Position numbers and translations under genes: made by a program. A model generated the notes under the pieces. That model did not search any database. It had not been told where the DNA came from and saw only the letters and a list, made by a program, of their open reading frames with translations. This document shows positions 1-13,613 of a stretch of 64,000 bases of DNA, piece by piece. Positions within the stretch are counted from its first letter, which is position 1, and each line of letters begins with the position of its first letter. This stretch comes from Octopus sinensis (lineage: Eukaryota): the NCBI RefSeq assembly GCF_006345805.1, contig NC_042999.1, positions 93,310,001 through 93,374,000 on the forward strand, in the 5' to 3' direction.

Positions 1-342
1 ACTAACTTCACACTATGCGTATTTACATATTACCTGTGATGTTAGGAATTTTGGCGTCAGTGCAGATGGTGTTACTGGCCAATTACACATGTTTGTAATT
101 TTCTGCGTCACCGAAGTTAATCACAGATATAAATATGTATCTAACCAATGATTTACGGTTCCTACCCCTTTAGCAATTATCTACATGAAAAGATTTTCCT
201 CATTTCCAACTATTCTCACGTGACTTGTATGTAGAGTTTCTAATTACATCTGAAATTATTAATTTAATTTTGTCTACCATTATCTACGATGAATTTGCAT
301 TATTTGCAATAATTTCGATCAATATTTATACCCATCCTTTGA

Positions 343-545
343 AGCGGTGAGCTGGCAGAATCGTTAGAATGCCAGGAGAAATACCTAGCGGAACTTCACC
401 CGTCTTTACGTTCTGAGTTCAAACTCCGCCGAGGTCAACTTTACCTTCTTCCCCTATAAAATAGGATCCATTTGAGCACTGGAGTCGGTTTAATCGACTT
501 AGTACCACCCTAAAGAATGATGGCTTTGTACCATAATTTGAAACC
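343..545 (+). mobile_element. tRNA-derived SINE, family A (octopus-type), diverged copy
   Basis: GGTGAGCTGGCAGAATCGTTAG head and TTCTGAGTTCAAACTCCGCCGAGGTCAACTTT B-box-like core; homologous copies at 25873, 53386, 59025 and 59985. Confidence 0.8.
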
Positions 546-781
546 AGAATATATATATATCAATCCTACAGGGTTCTTTTTTTTTAAATAAATTTATATG
601 GAGATTGCGGTGTTGCAATATATTAAAGTTAAATCATAAGCAAGATTATAGAAGATTACTTAACAAGAACCAATATGAAATGGAAACCTCAGAGGGCCCC
701 GTTTCCTTACGTTGGTGGGATGTATATTATCATAGTGATATAGATAATATTCTATGACTAACATCATTATCAAAATTTCCA

Positions 782-894
782 TTAACCCTTCCTTTAAAAT
801 GCCACAGCGAAATGCAATGGTCAGGAACAAGTAAACGATACCCAAGTTGTTATGTAATCTTGTAATTTTTGATCAGCTCTGTGGGAGGGGTTAG
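782..894. mobile_element. possible piggyBac-type MITE remnant
   Basis: TTAA-CCCTTCC at left, GGGAGGGG-TTAG at right (short imperfect TIR, TTAA-like TSD). Confidence 0.3.
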
Positions 895-1479
895 TGACAT
901 TTGTAGTCTCTTAATATTTGTTGTTATTTTCGTGTTACGATATGTTTGCATTGGTTACATATGACTATATTTTCTGTGTCATTGCAGCTTTACGGTTTCA
1001 GAAATATTTGTTAGTTAATTCCTGCCGGTCTAGTGGCAGTGAAATTATTCTGACATTGTGCTCTTTATTAAATGATCACTGTATTTTAGTTAATGTAGTT
1101 TTAGTCATATGCTTTTGTTTCAAACTATTCAATATTTTGAATCATAAGTTAACCTTGATATTATAAATACTAATAGATGAGTTCGCACAAATGTATACAC
1201 ATAGTTTCTTGAGATTCTGATGGACATGCTAGACAAAAGGTTTACTCTAGAGTTCATTAGTATTTCATTCCAATTTATTATACTAAACGTTTGTAATACG
1301 CCCGACAATAGCAGTTAGAAACAAGGGTTTTATCATTATTTAGGCATCTGTATCTTACTTAACGCTGTGTAATCATTGATGCCAGCAATCGGATTCTATA
1401 TAAGAGTATGCAAAAAGATATCATTAGCAGCATTCCAAATTAAGCGAACCAACATAATATATATCGATCTCTCAAGCAA

Positions 1480-2110
1480 TATAAACATCTCAAAGAGTAA
1501 ATGAGGGCAGCCTCTCTTAAGATTACTTAACTTGCCAGTAAACATTTTTGAACATACAACATACCATTTAATTAATGCAGCCTTAGAAAATTTATGTCTA
1601 TAATAAAGTAATACAGATAGACACAGATGAAATCTTTTGATCCTCAGACTCCTCATTGTATGCCAGATTGATGATAATCAATAACATATTATTGCAACTT
1701 TGCTTGTAATGTGCTCACGTGATGCTCACATACTACTGGGGATTAATTAAATATACGGTATAACACTCCTATTAGTCTATTTTCAGTCAGAAAATAAAAT
1801 CAATATTTTGTTTATCTACTAACATATTTGATGAAGTATGTGGAGTTCATACATTCGGTGTAACATAATATTTCATTGCAGAAAATTATTTCTAAGTGAC
1901 AATAAATTCCTTTTCAACTTCCAACAGGAATATTTTCATTATTGCAAAAAATTATAGTAATAATTTTATTATGTTTGAACTTTATCTCGGTATAAAACAC
2001 TTGAACAATGTGGCTACATGTTATGCAGATTGACCAACAAGCACGTATTATTATTTATATGACTGGAGATGTATCAATGGGACTTGCAAATATGATTTAA
2101 TGAAAGATAT
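1480..2110 (-). pseudogene. possible very degraded YqaJ-nuclease/PHD ORF remnant (ISL2EU-type transposon)
   Basis: Fragments PIDTSP (cf. GASPD), NIDFIF* (cf. YCDFVVW) and IKRFHLCL..KWY (PHD-like) occur in the expected order; weak. Confidence 0.2.
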
Positions 2111-2216
2111 ATAAAATATACAGTTATATGTAGCATTGTAAATTAGCTACACTCGCATACAAAGAAAAGCTTTTATAAATGTGCATTTATCCGTATATTT
2201 ATGCATTTATGTATAC

Positions 2217-2266
<50 letters not shown>

Positions 2267-3399
2267 GGGGAGAGAGAGAGGGGGAGAGAGAGAGGGGGGA
2301 GGGAGAGAGAGAGAAAGAGAGAGTGTGTGTTTGTGTGTGTGTGATTTAGAATGAAAGTTATTTTGGAGGTCAAATGCGCATTTCATTTGGCTTGGGGTAC
2401 GATTCAAGAATAATATAACTAAGAAATATAACATATTGCAGAGTCAGAAAAAAATCAATATATACAATATATGCAATTAATATTTTATTGAATGCAGATT
2501 ATGTAACTGGACGCCTACATAAATTTGTTAGCCCGTCAGAGCAGTGACTTAATAAAAGACAGTCATGATATGCAACTTCACTTAACCATGCACAGCTTTT
2601 GATGAGAGTGTTATGCCTTGATGGTAGCATGACAACAGTCCAGTGCTATTTCAGTCCTTGTTGTTGCGTGGTACACTTTCGAGTTTCGCTCCTATATTCA
2701 CTTACGGCACCAGCATTTTTCTGAAAAATTAATGAGGCTTAGTCATCATCTGCTGGTACAATAGTAACCGTAGCATTAGCCGCATGAGACTATTATATTA
2801 TGTTACAAAAGTTAGCGAACAAATCTGCAGCTTGCCTCCATTCAATGGTAATGAATGACAATAGCACAATTAAAGAATGCCCATTTGTAATTGATGCCAG
2901 TAATGGAGCACCACTTGAACGTATGTCCATGGCATCTCAAGTTGAAAATAAAAAAAAAAAATTATTGTCTTTCAACATATTTACTCATATTGTTTATAGG
3001 TTTCGGCCGGTTGATTTATACTGGAATTGTGTCTGTTTGTCGTTTACAGTATAAAGTTACTGATGCTATGAAATATAATATTCCTAGTGATTTTGTGTAG
3101 AAATATCCGAATGTTAATCATGACACAAAATAATATTGGGAGGGAAGGATCAATATCAAGACCCGAAAACTGTTCTTAGCATAGCAGATGCCGTTAGTAT
3201 TTTGGTTGATTTACTGTTGTTATAAGTTTTGCAATAGCGAAAGTGGCAAATGTTTCTAGTGTGAAGCAGCTCTAAAGAATAATGACAGGGTGAAGTAGTA
3301 ATTAGCGCAAATACATGAGACACGGCAATATAGATAATGCACATGTTGACACATATACCAACATATACCAACTAAGAATGTAGATCATGCAAATTAACT

Positions 3400-4380
3400 A
3401 TCACGACGAATTTCGAAAATTTCTGAACTATTTGAATATATTGCGACAGCCGCTTTGCGAATAGAAAATGAAATTTAAAATGTTTTGTGTAGCGTCATTC
3501 GTGAACTGCCAGTTACCTTGCAAGACATAGAATTAAAATCTGAAACCGATAACTTAATTATAAAAATGAAAGAAATACTGAAGGCTAAAAGAGACAAAAG
3601 TATACGCAACACAAATGCGAACAAATTCTCACTGTGTGACAACGTGTTGATGTATGCACAAAGAGTCGTAGTGCCAGCCACACTACAAAAGCGATTATTA
3701 AAGGAACTTCATATGGTTCACCCAGGAATTTCGAGAATGAAATCATTAATGAGAAGTTACGTATATTGAACAACAATGACCGTGACATCGAAGAATCTGT
3801 GAAAAATGCACAAGGTGTGACTTAGCTACAAAATCTTCCACCACTAAATGGTAAGCGTAGCTGAAAACTAATGTTCGCAATTTAATATCTGGATGATATA
3901 ATCATTAAAAGTATGCCTGGCTGCATACTGATTACGTAGGTTCACTTAAGCGTTCATATTACCTTCTAGTAGTGGATAGTTTTTCAAAGTGGCCGGAAGT
4001 ATATAAATGTAAAAGCAGATATATGCGGTTACAATAAATTTTTTTCACGAATTGTTCCCCATTTATAGTATTTCGGATACCACTGTGTCGGATAATGGAA
4101 CTCAATTTCTGTCAGACTAGTTCAGAAAATTTTGCTAGATGTTCTTCATCAAACATGTGATCACTTCACCCTATCATCATAGGTTAAATGGACAAGTGGA
4201 GCGTTTTGTTGACACTTTCAAGAGGGCGTTGGAATGGCGAACAATCAAGTGACGAACGATTTTGCATTTCAACAATTTCTAAGAATGTACTGAGTAGCAT
4301 CTCATCCGAATACAGCATCGGGAATGTTACTCGCAGAACTGATGTTTGATACGTCTTTGGTAAGCTGATACCGAGTGAAA
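3400..4380 (+). pseudogene. Ty3/Gypsy (K02A2.6-like) pol integrase remnant
   Basis: RVVVPATLQKRLLKELHMVHPGISRMKSLMRSYVY (Zn-binding region), then LHTDYVG..YYLLVVDSFSKWPEV, VSDNGTQF and SPYH..NGQVERFVDTFKRAL, broken by stops and frameshifts. Confidence 0.9.
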
Positions 4381-4465
4381 ATTAAAAAAAGGTGAACAGC
4401 AAAAATACTGAAAAATTCTTCCGAAGTATTTCTGAAATGCAAAATACCAAGTTAGGTGAACATAA

Positions 4466-4785
4466 TGTAAATGAGTAACAGAAATGTACAGGTAAGAATT
4501 AACAACGGCTTTCAAGCAGCTCATTTAATTGATTAATGAAATCATTACATCAATTTTAATCGTGTATATACCACAGGTATGACAAAAGAAACAATGTAAA
4601 TATCTTGAGTTCCATTATTAATGTAAATCCTATAAAAATGGTTATATCGTTATGTTTGAAGTCTATGTAGCCATCTGACGAGGACGGTCTAAGGTTTGAT
4701 ATAATGTTTTCGTTAATCAATTAAAGGAGATGCTTGAAACGGCCGTAATGAATTGACATATATACATCTTTGTTACTCATTTATA
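4466..4785 (+). mobile_element. non-coding foldback element with a hammerhead motif (PLE pLTR-like), next to (TA)n
   Basis: Imperfect inverted arms ~4466-4556 and ~4693-4785; same family as 8821-9165. Confidence 0.7.
4672..4750 (+). ncRNA. type I hammerhead ribozyme motif, intact core
   Basis: CAT-CTGACGA-G[long stem II]T-GAAAC-GGCC-GTA-ATG; palindromic loop 3; stem I CAT/ATG. Confidence 0.65.
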
Positions 4786-5210
4786 TGTATATGTATGTAT
4801 ATATATATATATATATATATACATGTGTGTGTGTGCATGTGGGTGCGTGTGTGTGCATATGTATATATATACATATATATATATACACACACATATATAT
4901 ATGCATATATGTATGTATATATATATATATATATATATTTATGAATATATATATGTATATATATATGTATATATGTATATATATATATGTATATATATAG
5001 TATATATATATATGTATATATATGTATATATATGTATATATATATATGAATATATATGTATATATATGTATATACATATATATATATATGTATATATGTA
5101 TATATGTATATATATATATACATATGATATATATATATATATATGTATATATGGATATATATATATGCATATATATGTAGATATGTATGTATGTAAGTAT
5201 GTATGTATGC
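4786..5210. repeat. compound (TA)n/(TG)n/(TATG)n microsatellite
   Basis: Seen directly; source of the YIYI ORFs. Confidence 0.95.
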
Positions 5211-5334
5211 AAAGGATGTTCGAGCTAGATTTGGCTATACTGATGCACACATTTTGAAAAGCATAATGATTAATGAAAAGAAAATTAGCTGACAAGGATG
5301 ACTAGAGGACCTTTGAATATTCCAAATTACAATT

Positions 5335-5935
5335 ATCATGATGATACGCACCGGGTATCAAAATTCTACACCCTTCTTCTTAATGCTCTTTGAACGCCGT
5401 AAAGAGTGTATAAGTTGTCACATCGTGAGCTAAAACAGAGACTACAATGCTGTGGCCAACGGGAAAGAACACAGCAGTTGTTCTGCGCTGAATGCTGAAG
5501 CCATCCCTACATCTTTAAAGAGAGACTTAGGCTCAATTAAGACGGCTATATGAAGCTGCTGCAGTGTATGGAGAATCCTTTCGTGGAAAGAATTGCTGCT
5601 GGAAGACTATATGTAGCAGCAGGCTCTTTACCTTACCTTCGGAATGAGTCAGAAGTATTCGTCGGCGAATTTCTTTGATTTCCCTACTCCCGATTTCTAT
5701 CCACTTAAGCCTCCCTTTTGTAATCTCATGGTTCATTATTTGTGAAGTTTATTTGAGAAAGAAACCAACCCACTCCGTTTGCAATGCCAGGGTCCGTCTG
5801 TTTGCGAAGACCAAAGAGGAGTTCGAAGGTCTTCAAGAGCCACAGTGAAGAACATAGTCCTGGAACCATCTTGATGGTGTGGTAGAAGCTGAGGACGGCT
5901 GTTTCAGTATATTTTGTTTTACGCAGACTGTGAAA
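5335..5935 (+). mobile_element. maT/DD37D-like Tc1-mariner deletion derivative
   Basis: LRLN*DGYMKLL..ERIAAGRLYV*QQ and C-terminal HLDGVVEAEDGCF; paralogous to 55782-56430. Confidence 0.65.
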
Positions 5936-5942
5936 TTTACAT

Positions 5943-5986
<44 letters not shown>

Positions 5987-8820
5987 AAAAACTAAATGAA
6001 GTTGGTAACGATACAGAAGTATATCGTAGAGAATGTTTAACAAAATATAACCGGTTTCGACGTATCCATCTTCTAAAATATTTGAAATATTGGAAAGATT
6101 TTGGGGGGAAGCAGAGAGAAAAGCCAAATATGGTTAGAAAAACAGTTTTTAACAAAATGTGAGTATATATTTATATACAGATGCACACTCATACCTACCT
6201 ATAGACCTTGGTGCATAACTCCCTGTGAGTGTTTGTGTGTGAGCGAGTGTGTGCGTGCGTGCGAATGTATGTGTTTGTGTGTGAATGTGTATGTGTGTGT
6301 GCGTGTGTGCTGCAGTGAGATTTAAGTACGTGAGATGCAAAAAGCATAGTGTAACAATAGTTATATAGCTACAGATTCATAGATGCATATGTGCTTTTGC
6401 GTAATTATGTATTTGTGCGCGGGCAAAACGAGTTGTAACCAGAATATCCATTTTGTTGATCCAAAGAGATTGGATATGAATATAATATACTATCAATGAT
6501 ATTTTGGGATTATTAAATCAAAACTTGGATAAAACTTTGGATGCATTTCCATTTCTTATTGTATTTTAGTCTAATCATTCAATGTATCTTAAGAAACTAA
6601 TTTTAATTTTAATGAAAGTCTTACCTAAATCGTGTTTCATATGTAAAGCAATCTATTTTTGTCCTAATATAAAACCAATATTCTTCAATTTATGGTTTAC
6701 ATTGTGAAATCTGTTTTATTTATTTAGGTTTGATTTGAATATCTCAGTTGTAGGCTTTATCTATATATCAGTGATCATAGGCACGGAAATAGTTCTATGA
6801 TTTGCAATAAAACACTTAGGTTTACCTTTGATCTGGAATTGCTTATGAGAAAAAGAGTTTTTTTTTTGTTTTTTGGACTGGTAATCATTTATTACTGACG
6901 TATTTCAATAGAAGTACAAGGATCGATATCTAAGGAAAAGAAAGCGAAATCTGATGCAGTGAAGAAAAAGAATATATAGGTATATACAAAACTAAATAAA
7001 AATTGAAAATACCATCGGAACTCGCAGTGTCTATTGTGGGCCAGGGAATATTTTATCTCTTGCAAAACAATGTCTCTATTTGCTATTATTACATAGCTGT
7101 GAATTTCGTCAAGTGGAAAATCATTTTCGTGCCAATCAGTACCTGACTTTGGTTCAGAGGAAAAACTTAACAGGGAAATTTACGATGGGATTTGATAGTT
7201 GCTACACCAAGTTTATTACACTTTAAAACCCTTCGCTCTAAGGTATCGCTATTCTGTTTTCCTTTAATCTTTGTTATGAGAGCTCTTTAAGTCTGTAAGT
7301 TATTCATAGGAGAAACATTTGAACATTGTTGTTAATTGTTGATACAAACATTTTTCGGAAACCAATAGCTCTATTATGAAGTGTAGATGTATTTTAAATG
7401 GATGCTTATCAGTTGTTGGTTATTTAAAGGAGATAATTATCACTAGAAATCGCTTTGCTGCCTCATAACTAAAGGACAACGTAATTTGGGAAGAAACGTA
7501 ATTTGCAGGATGTAGGAAAAATAACTGAACTGGAAAATTTAATTGAATAAGTTACATTTTACTAAAAGCCTGATACATTGTTAAGTATAGATTTGCTCTC
7601 ATGGTCTATACTGTGTTGAGGTTGTACAAATTATTCTAAAATGCAGGAGCTAATATTATTGACACATTTTGTGTCTACCAAACTAATCTTTCAGTGTTTG
7701 AAGTGGCTGCACCGTAGCTATAGAGATTACAAAGTGATGATGATCATGTTCCAGATAATGTAATTTAATAATCATTGGTTGCGACGGTTTCTCCACAGAG
7801 CAGGAATTGCTTACAAATACGAATGCAAACTTAGCATAAATCATGTGTGCGCATGTGTTAGTATACAAAAACGTGCTGTGCGAATGAGTGTGTGAGTGAG
7901 AAAATGCGTGACTGAGTGAGTGAATGTGTGTGTATGCGTGTGCGTGCGTGTGTGAGGTCAATAAATATTCCATTATGTACTTTGATAGAAGTGTACGAAT
8001 ATCATTTAGAGAGTAATGATTTGATGCACGATAAACAATGTGTAGATAGCAAAGGATAATGAATACTCTTTAAAATGCACTCCAAAAATGTGACCTGGCC
8101 AGTAATGTTACTCTTGGTCAGAGACATCAATAATATTTACAGTCTTCAACATTACTCCGAAAAGACTGTTTTAAGGAAGAAATGTAAATGTGGATGAATG
8201 GTACTGCTTTTTTTTTCCACAGAGTGTAAGCGAAGATATAACACAAAGCTTTGCTTTGTAGCTTGCACAGTTCAAATCTATCCATTTGCATACCTTTATA
8301 ATTTTTACCTCTTCTATGCTCTGGGAAATATTTGATGTAGACTTCAAACAAACCTTAATGTCGACTTGTAGAGTTCTATAGAATTCATCTGTCACCTATG
8401 TGTAAAAATAACAAAACAGCAACAATGTATCTATTCCTGTTCTATTCAACGTTAAACATTCAATACATCTAAATTGATAGGCCACCCCGAAGGACTATGA
8501 CCTATGAAATGGCTTAACGAAAATTTATACAGAAAACCGACTGCAAATATCAAATAGAGTTATTTTATCTTGTTAGGATGCCTAAGTATTTAATTACAAA
8601 ATAGAATAATGACGAATGTAGTTGTTCTTATGAGAAATATCTCGCAATGTAAGAGCGTATCAAATGTATATACTTTGCTTGAACTCGTAATTGTGATTCT
8701 CTAGATAGGCGAATTTACAGTTCTTGATTATATATAAGAAATAATACAGATTCAGTTGAATTAGGTACCTATGTGTGAGGCACCAAGTCAGTCCGTTATT
8801 TTCCGCACAACTCGAATTTA

Positions 8821-9165
8821 GGTGAATAAAAGCAAACAAATAATAAAGAGGTGCATGTATCAGTGTAATACGGCCGTTTCAAGCAGCACCGTTTAATCGA
8901 TCAATGCAAACATTACATCAATTTGCTAAAATAATAGCAAAAAGAAGCAATATAATTAGTTTAGTCTCTAATATTGATGAGAAATCTGCTAAAAAATTAT
9001 AATGGAGTATCCTGTATGTTGGAAATCATTATGGTCGTGTGCCTCCGAGGAGAGCGGTTTATTTCAATTTGATGTACACTTTTCATTGATCGATTAATGG
9101 AGCCGCTTGAAACGGCCGTAATGCTCTAATGCCTGGACATCCTTGTTACTTATTTGCTTTATATT
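8821..9165 (+). mobile_element. foldback element of the same family as 4466-4785, with a degenerate hammerhead at 9041-9124
   Basis: TACGGCCGTTTCAAGC (left arm) versus GCTTGAAACGGCCGTA (right arm); core decayed to CCGAGGA; stem II AGCGG/CCGCT retained. Confidence 0.7.
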
Positions 9166-12100
9166 AATCTATATCTATATATTCTCTGTATCAGGATGAC
9201 TGTACTGCAAGCATCACGACAGTCCAAACAAAACTTAGGAATTCTACAATTATATTGCCCGTACATTCGACCGAATCTAATTACATTTCTACAGGAGTCT
9301 TTTTACAATATTATTATGAAGGTTATTCCTATACAAACTAAATATATTCTAGGAATTAGGGATGACAGGCATTCCGTATGTAAATCCTTTCTTCCCTTAA
9401 TTCACTCTGAGTAATCGTACACCTTCTCCTATTATTACCGACATATGTCTGCAATCAAAATCCCTTTTCTATGCATTTTCTAATCATTCAGATTGTAAAT
9501 ATATTTTTCGTTTGCGTTAGTTCTAACGAAGAACATTCTACTTTCTTTTCACTCAGCTTTCTGATGTTTGCAGCACCTACCTGCCTTCATTTTACTTAAC
9601 ACTACAAGTTTATCTGTACTATGAAGTGGCATCCATATTATATCTTTATGCAAACATTTTAGCAACCACTTTAACAATTAGGAAGGACTAAATTTTATCT
9701 TAAGCTCATTAGCGCATTAATTCGATGGACCGGTTATTCTATTCAGTCTTTGGAAATTGTATTAGTATTATTTGAAATTATCTCGAGTCATTAGGAGAAC
9801 GGGGCAAATTTCCGGCTGTGCAGATCAATATAGAAGGTTGGGGATAGTAATGGTTAATGAATATGTATATATGAAAGAAAAGCACAGTATTACATTGTAA
9901 TATAATGATTACCATCAGCAACTTTTTGTTTGTTTGTTTGTTTGTGCTATGTTCCTGAAAAGTTAACCCATCTGAGTACATCGGTTTGCTATATGTATGG
10001 AACGATCTAGCAGTCATATGACTGATTGGTTTTGTAAATTACCACTGCTCTCATTTGATCGCATTTGGAATGTATCAAACCGGTGCCAAAAATACTTTTT
10101 TCTATTCTGTACTAAAATGTTTAATGTACATGTACAAGCTTTCCGTACTTCCCGGAAGCTACCAATTCTTGCTTATAAAGGTTGGCCCATTCTATTCTAA
10201 ATTTCTGACATCCGTTCGTAATTGAATTATATTGAATTGGTTTACCACTGCCTTCAGATAAACATTAACGTGTATTTTTGTTGCTTGAGGTTTTCATTAT
10301 AATACTGAATTCGTTTGATAATAGTCGAACGATTCACTAATTTTTTTGTGTGTGTTTTTATCATTATGGTTGACCAGAAATATGTCTTTGTAGCTTTCGA
10401 AACAAGAAAATATTTAATTTAATTAAATCTTTGGAATGAATGGCAAATCCATTAAAATATTTTTGCATGGTACATAAATTATTGTACAAAGCAGGTTTTC
10501 TAACATGGAAATATGTACGATAATTAAAAGTTTCATAAACTCATCTGCCTCCAGTAAAAATGTCACTGCCGTTGTAATAATCCACAATAATAATTAAAGA
10601 AGAAATAAAAATAAAACAAGTAACGAAATAAACAAAGAAAATAATTTAATCTTAATTAAAATACCACGTTGTGGCATATGACAGAGAATTAAGAACACAT
10701 GGCATTGCAATATTTTCTCACGACTTCCATCTCCAGATTTCAAATAAGAAGACGATTTTTTTCATTTTTCTCTTCTGTTTTGAAGAGACCTACTTTCAGA
10801 TAATCGTTTGTCAGCTGCAATGTTACGCCAGATTTTTTAAATTAACAGTTGCAATACTTACCTAAGCTCCAATAATTAACCAACTGTCGCTCACTGTGGT
10901 TTCCGTTGACATTAAATGCTAGATGCAAGAATATAATTCCGACAAACATATGACCAAATTGTAAAGTAATATTATTAGTGGTAATTGAAAGAATACAAGA
11001 ATGATATTCTCAATTAAAAATGTGACAGCTACGCTAGAATTAGAAAAAAAGGCATGTATATCTAGAAGAAATGCACAGTCGAAAATGTCATATCTCTTAA
11101 ATTCAACGAACAACGCTATTCGGGAACACACGCACGCACAAGCACTCAATAACGAATGCATTTTCATATGCACGTAAATTACAGACACACAGGCATATAC
11201 AGATGTACGTGTTGTGTGTCTGCGTATTAACGTGTATGTGTAAATAGGAGATACTCAGAAATACGCACATACAGAAACATTTCGTTACGTATTTAAAAAT
11301 AAATATAGTCATCCGGTATTTAGTTACTGATTGTAAACTTGTAAACTTCATCTCAGATTATTTAATTATTGCCAACGCATTTCGAGGCATCCATCCGTTC
11401 ACTCGATCTTTAAACACAATCTATTTAAGAATTCCATTTCAAATCCTATATATCTCCACGTACGCCTCTAGTTTATGCTCGTTTCTTGCACGTGAATTCA
11501 AAGAATTATATTTATTAGCATATGTACCGCGTTATATAATATATAACATCATGTGATTGTGCCTACACTTTGGAAATCTCTTTTTTATGAAGCGTATTAA
11601 AACAAACCTAAAGGAAGCAATAAGTTCAACGAGTAACATATAGCAAGTTACTCGGTGAGAAGACAAAATTTTCTGCCTATAATTTGACTCTTCTAGTTAA
11701 TACGTTTCACAACTCATTTTGAACAATTGATCAATTTCCCATCTAGTTGTTTGACATAGTAAAATAGCAGCAATGAATTCCAGAAATCACCCACAAGTAA
11801 ATTATAATTCTATAATGTGGTATTCTATACACTATGATTGAATATAAGAATTAGAGATTACGGTTGGCATGACGGTCTTTTTAATGAAGCATTACAGGAC
11901 AGTGAAACTTCATCGACAATAAAATGCTTTTCACCTTTATTAATGGACGTAAAGCAATGTAACAAAAATGCTTCGTAACTGAACAACTTTATGTACTGCT
12001 ATGATACTAAATGTAAACCACTTTAGTACTCAAATTATGTATTATGTAAACCAACATTCCATATAGTGTTCATGAAGAATACATCTAGTAGAAATCTTTA

Positions 12101-13550
12101 CTAATCGAGTATCACTATTGTGCAACTAATAAAGCTAGTACAGGTAGGTAATATTTAAGAAAAAAGTGGGGGCTTCTCATTTCTGTTTAATACTGCTTTC
12201 GAATTACTTGTATGTTAAGACATTATTTGTTCATATTAGTTTCGGAGTGATTCATATCAATGCTTGCATTCACTTACGGCTCATAAAGGGTCGATCGTAG
12301 AGAACTCTGTATATTTGGCATATGTTTATCCATATAACTCAGCAATTCCGCAAATGAAATTGTATTATATTTACGTGAATATAAATATAAGCGAACTAGC
12401 GTTTATTTTTATAAACGTCGAAATGTGTATTGTACAATACGAATGAGATGATATTTTTTCGAAAGCGACTTTGAACAGCAGAAATACCGGGTGAATTACA
12501 CCTATACATTTTTCCGCTCTATAAAAGAAATTCACCCTTTATTTTTGCTGTTCTGACGACAATTCTTCAATCAAAAATGTGTTATATTTGTTGCCACCTC
12601 AAAAGAAGGAATGGATAGTTGACTTCTGTGGCTCTGGACGTCATATTACAGAAAGCTGTAAGAAATAGCGTAAGATAATTTATTGAACGCTCTAAGAACG
12701 TAGATAATACGGCACCAAATTAGAAATTACACAGAGTGATAAAAACAACAAAAAAAACATGGAGAAAAGCAGAGAGTCGGAGTGAGGAAAGAGTGAAACA
12801 CTCAACCAGTGGAAAGAAAGAGGTAAAGAGATAGGGTCAAAGATGAATATAGGAGCAGTAGAGGAAGAAAGAAATCTTTAGAGATAAAGGTATCATAAAA
12901 TGATAATGAAAGTTATGTATGCTCGAATAAAATGAATTTATATTGGCAAGTATGCACCTATGTATGGTTCCATTTATGAGAGTAAAAAGTCAGTGTAATA
13001 ACATAACTGTGATAGTGAAATGCGATACTGAAATGAGGGCATCCGCAAGGACATTCTGTCCATTTACACGTGGTTTCCAATATAGATGAGGATGATGCAC
13101 ATACAAATGTATAAATATGTTTGGTTTGTGTTTTTGATTAGCGTTTCATTTTTAAAAACAGCGCACTGCCACAGACAAAATGTCGGTATGATCTGAAAAA
13201 AGAATGGTTAGAAAATTTAAAGAGAAGACGAGAAACAGAATGAAATTAATAGGTGTATATATATATATATATATATATACACAGGTATGTGACGGAAGAT
13301 TTCCAGACAATGGACATAAGATAAAATTCGATCAATAATAAATGAGTGAAGAACGAATATACAGTGCGTGTGTTTATTTGAAAAGAAAAATATGGCAATC
13401 CCAAAATATATCAACATGTATATATGCATATAGATACATATTCATTTTTATACACATATAAATATATTAGTATGCATGTATATTTCTGTATATCTATAAA
13501 TCAGGGTCGTAGACATTTTGAAACAACGATTTTACTCGGACAAAATTTAA

Positions 13551-13613
<63 letters not shown>

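Noticed and set aside
4753-5295. Long Tyr/Ile-rich ORFs (also near 14.1, 21.1, 23.3, 31.3, 45.7 and 51.5 kb)
   Set aside because: Translations of stop-free (TA)n/(TG)n microsatellites, not proteins.
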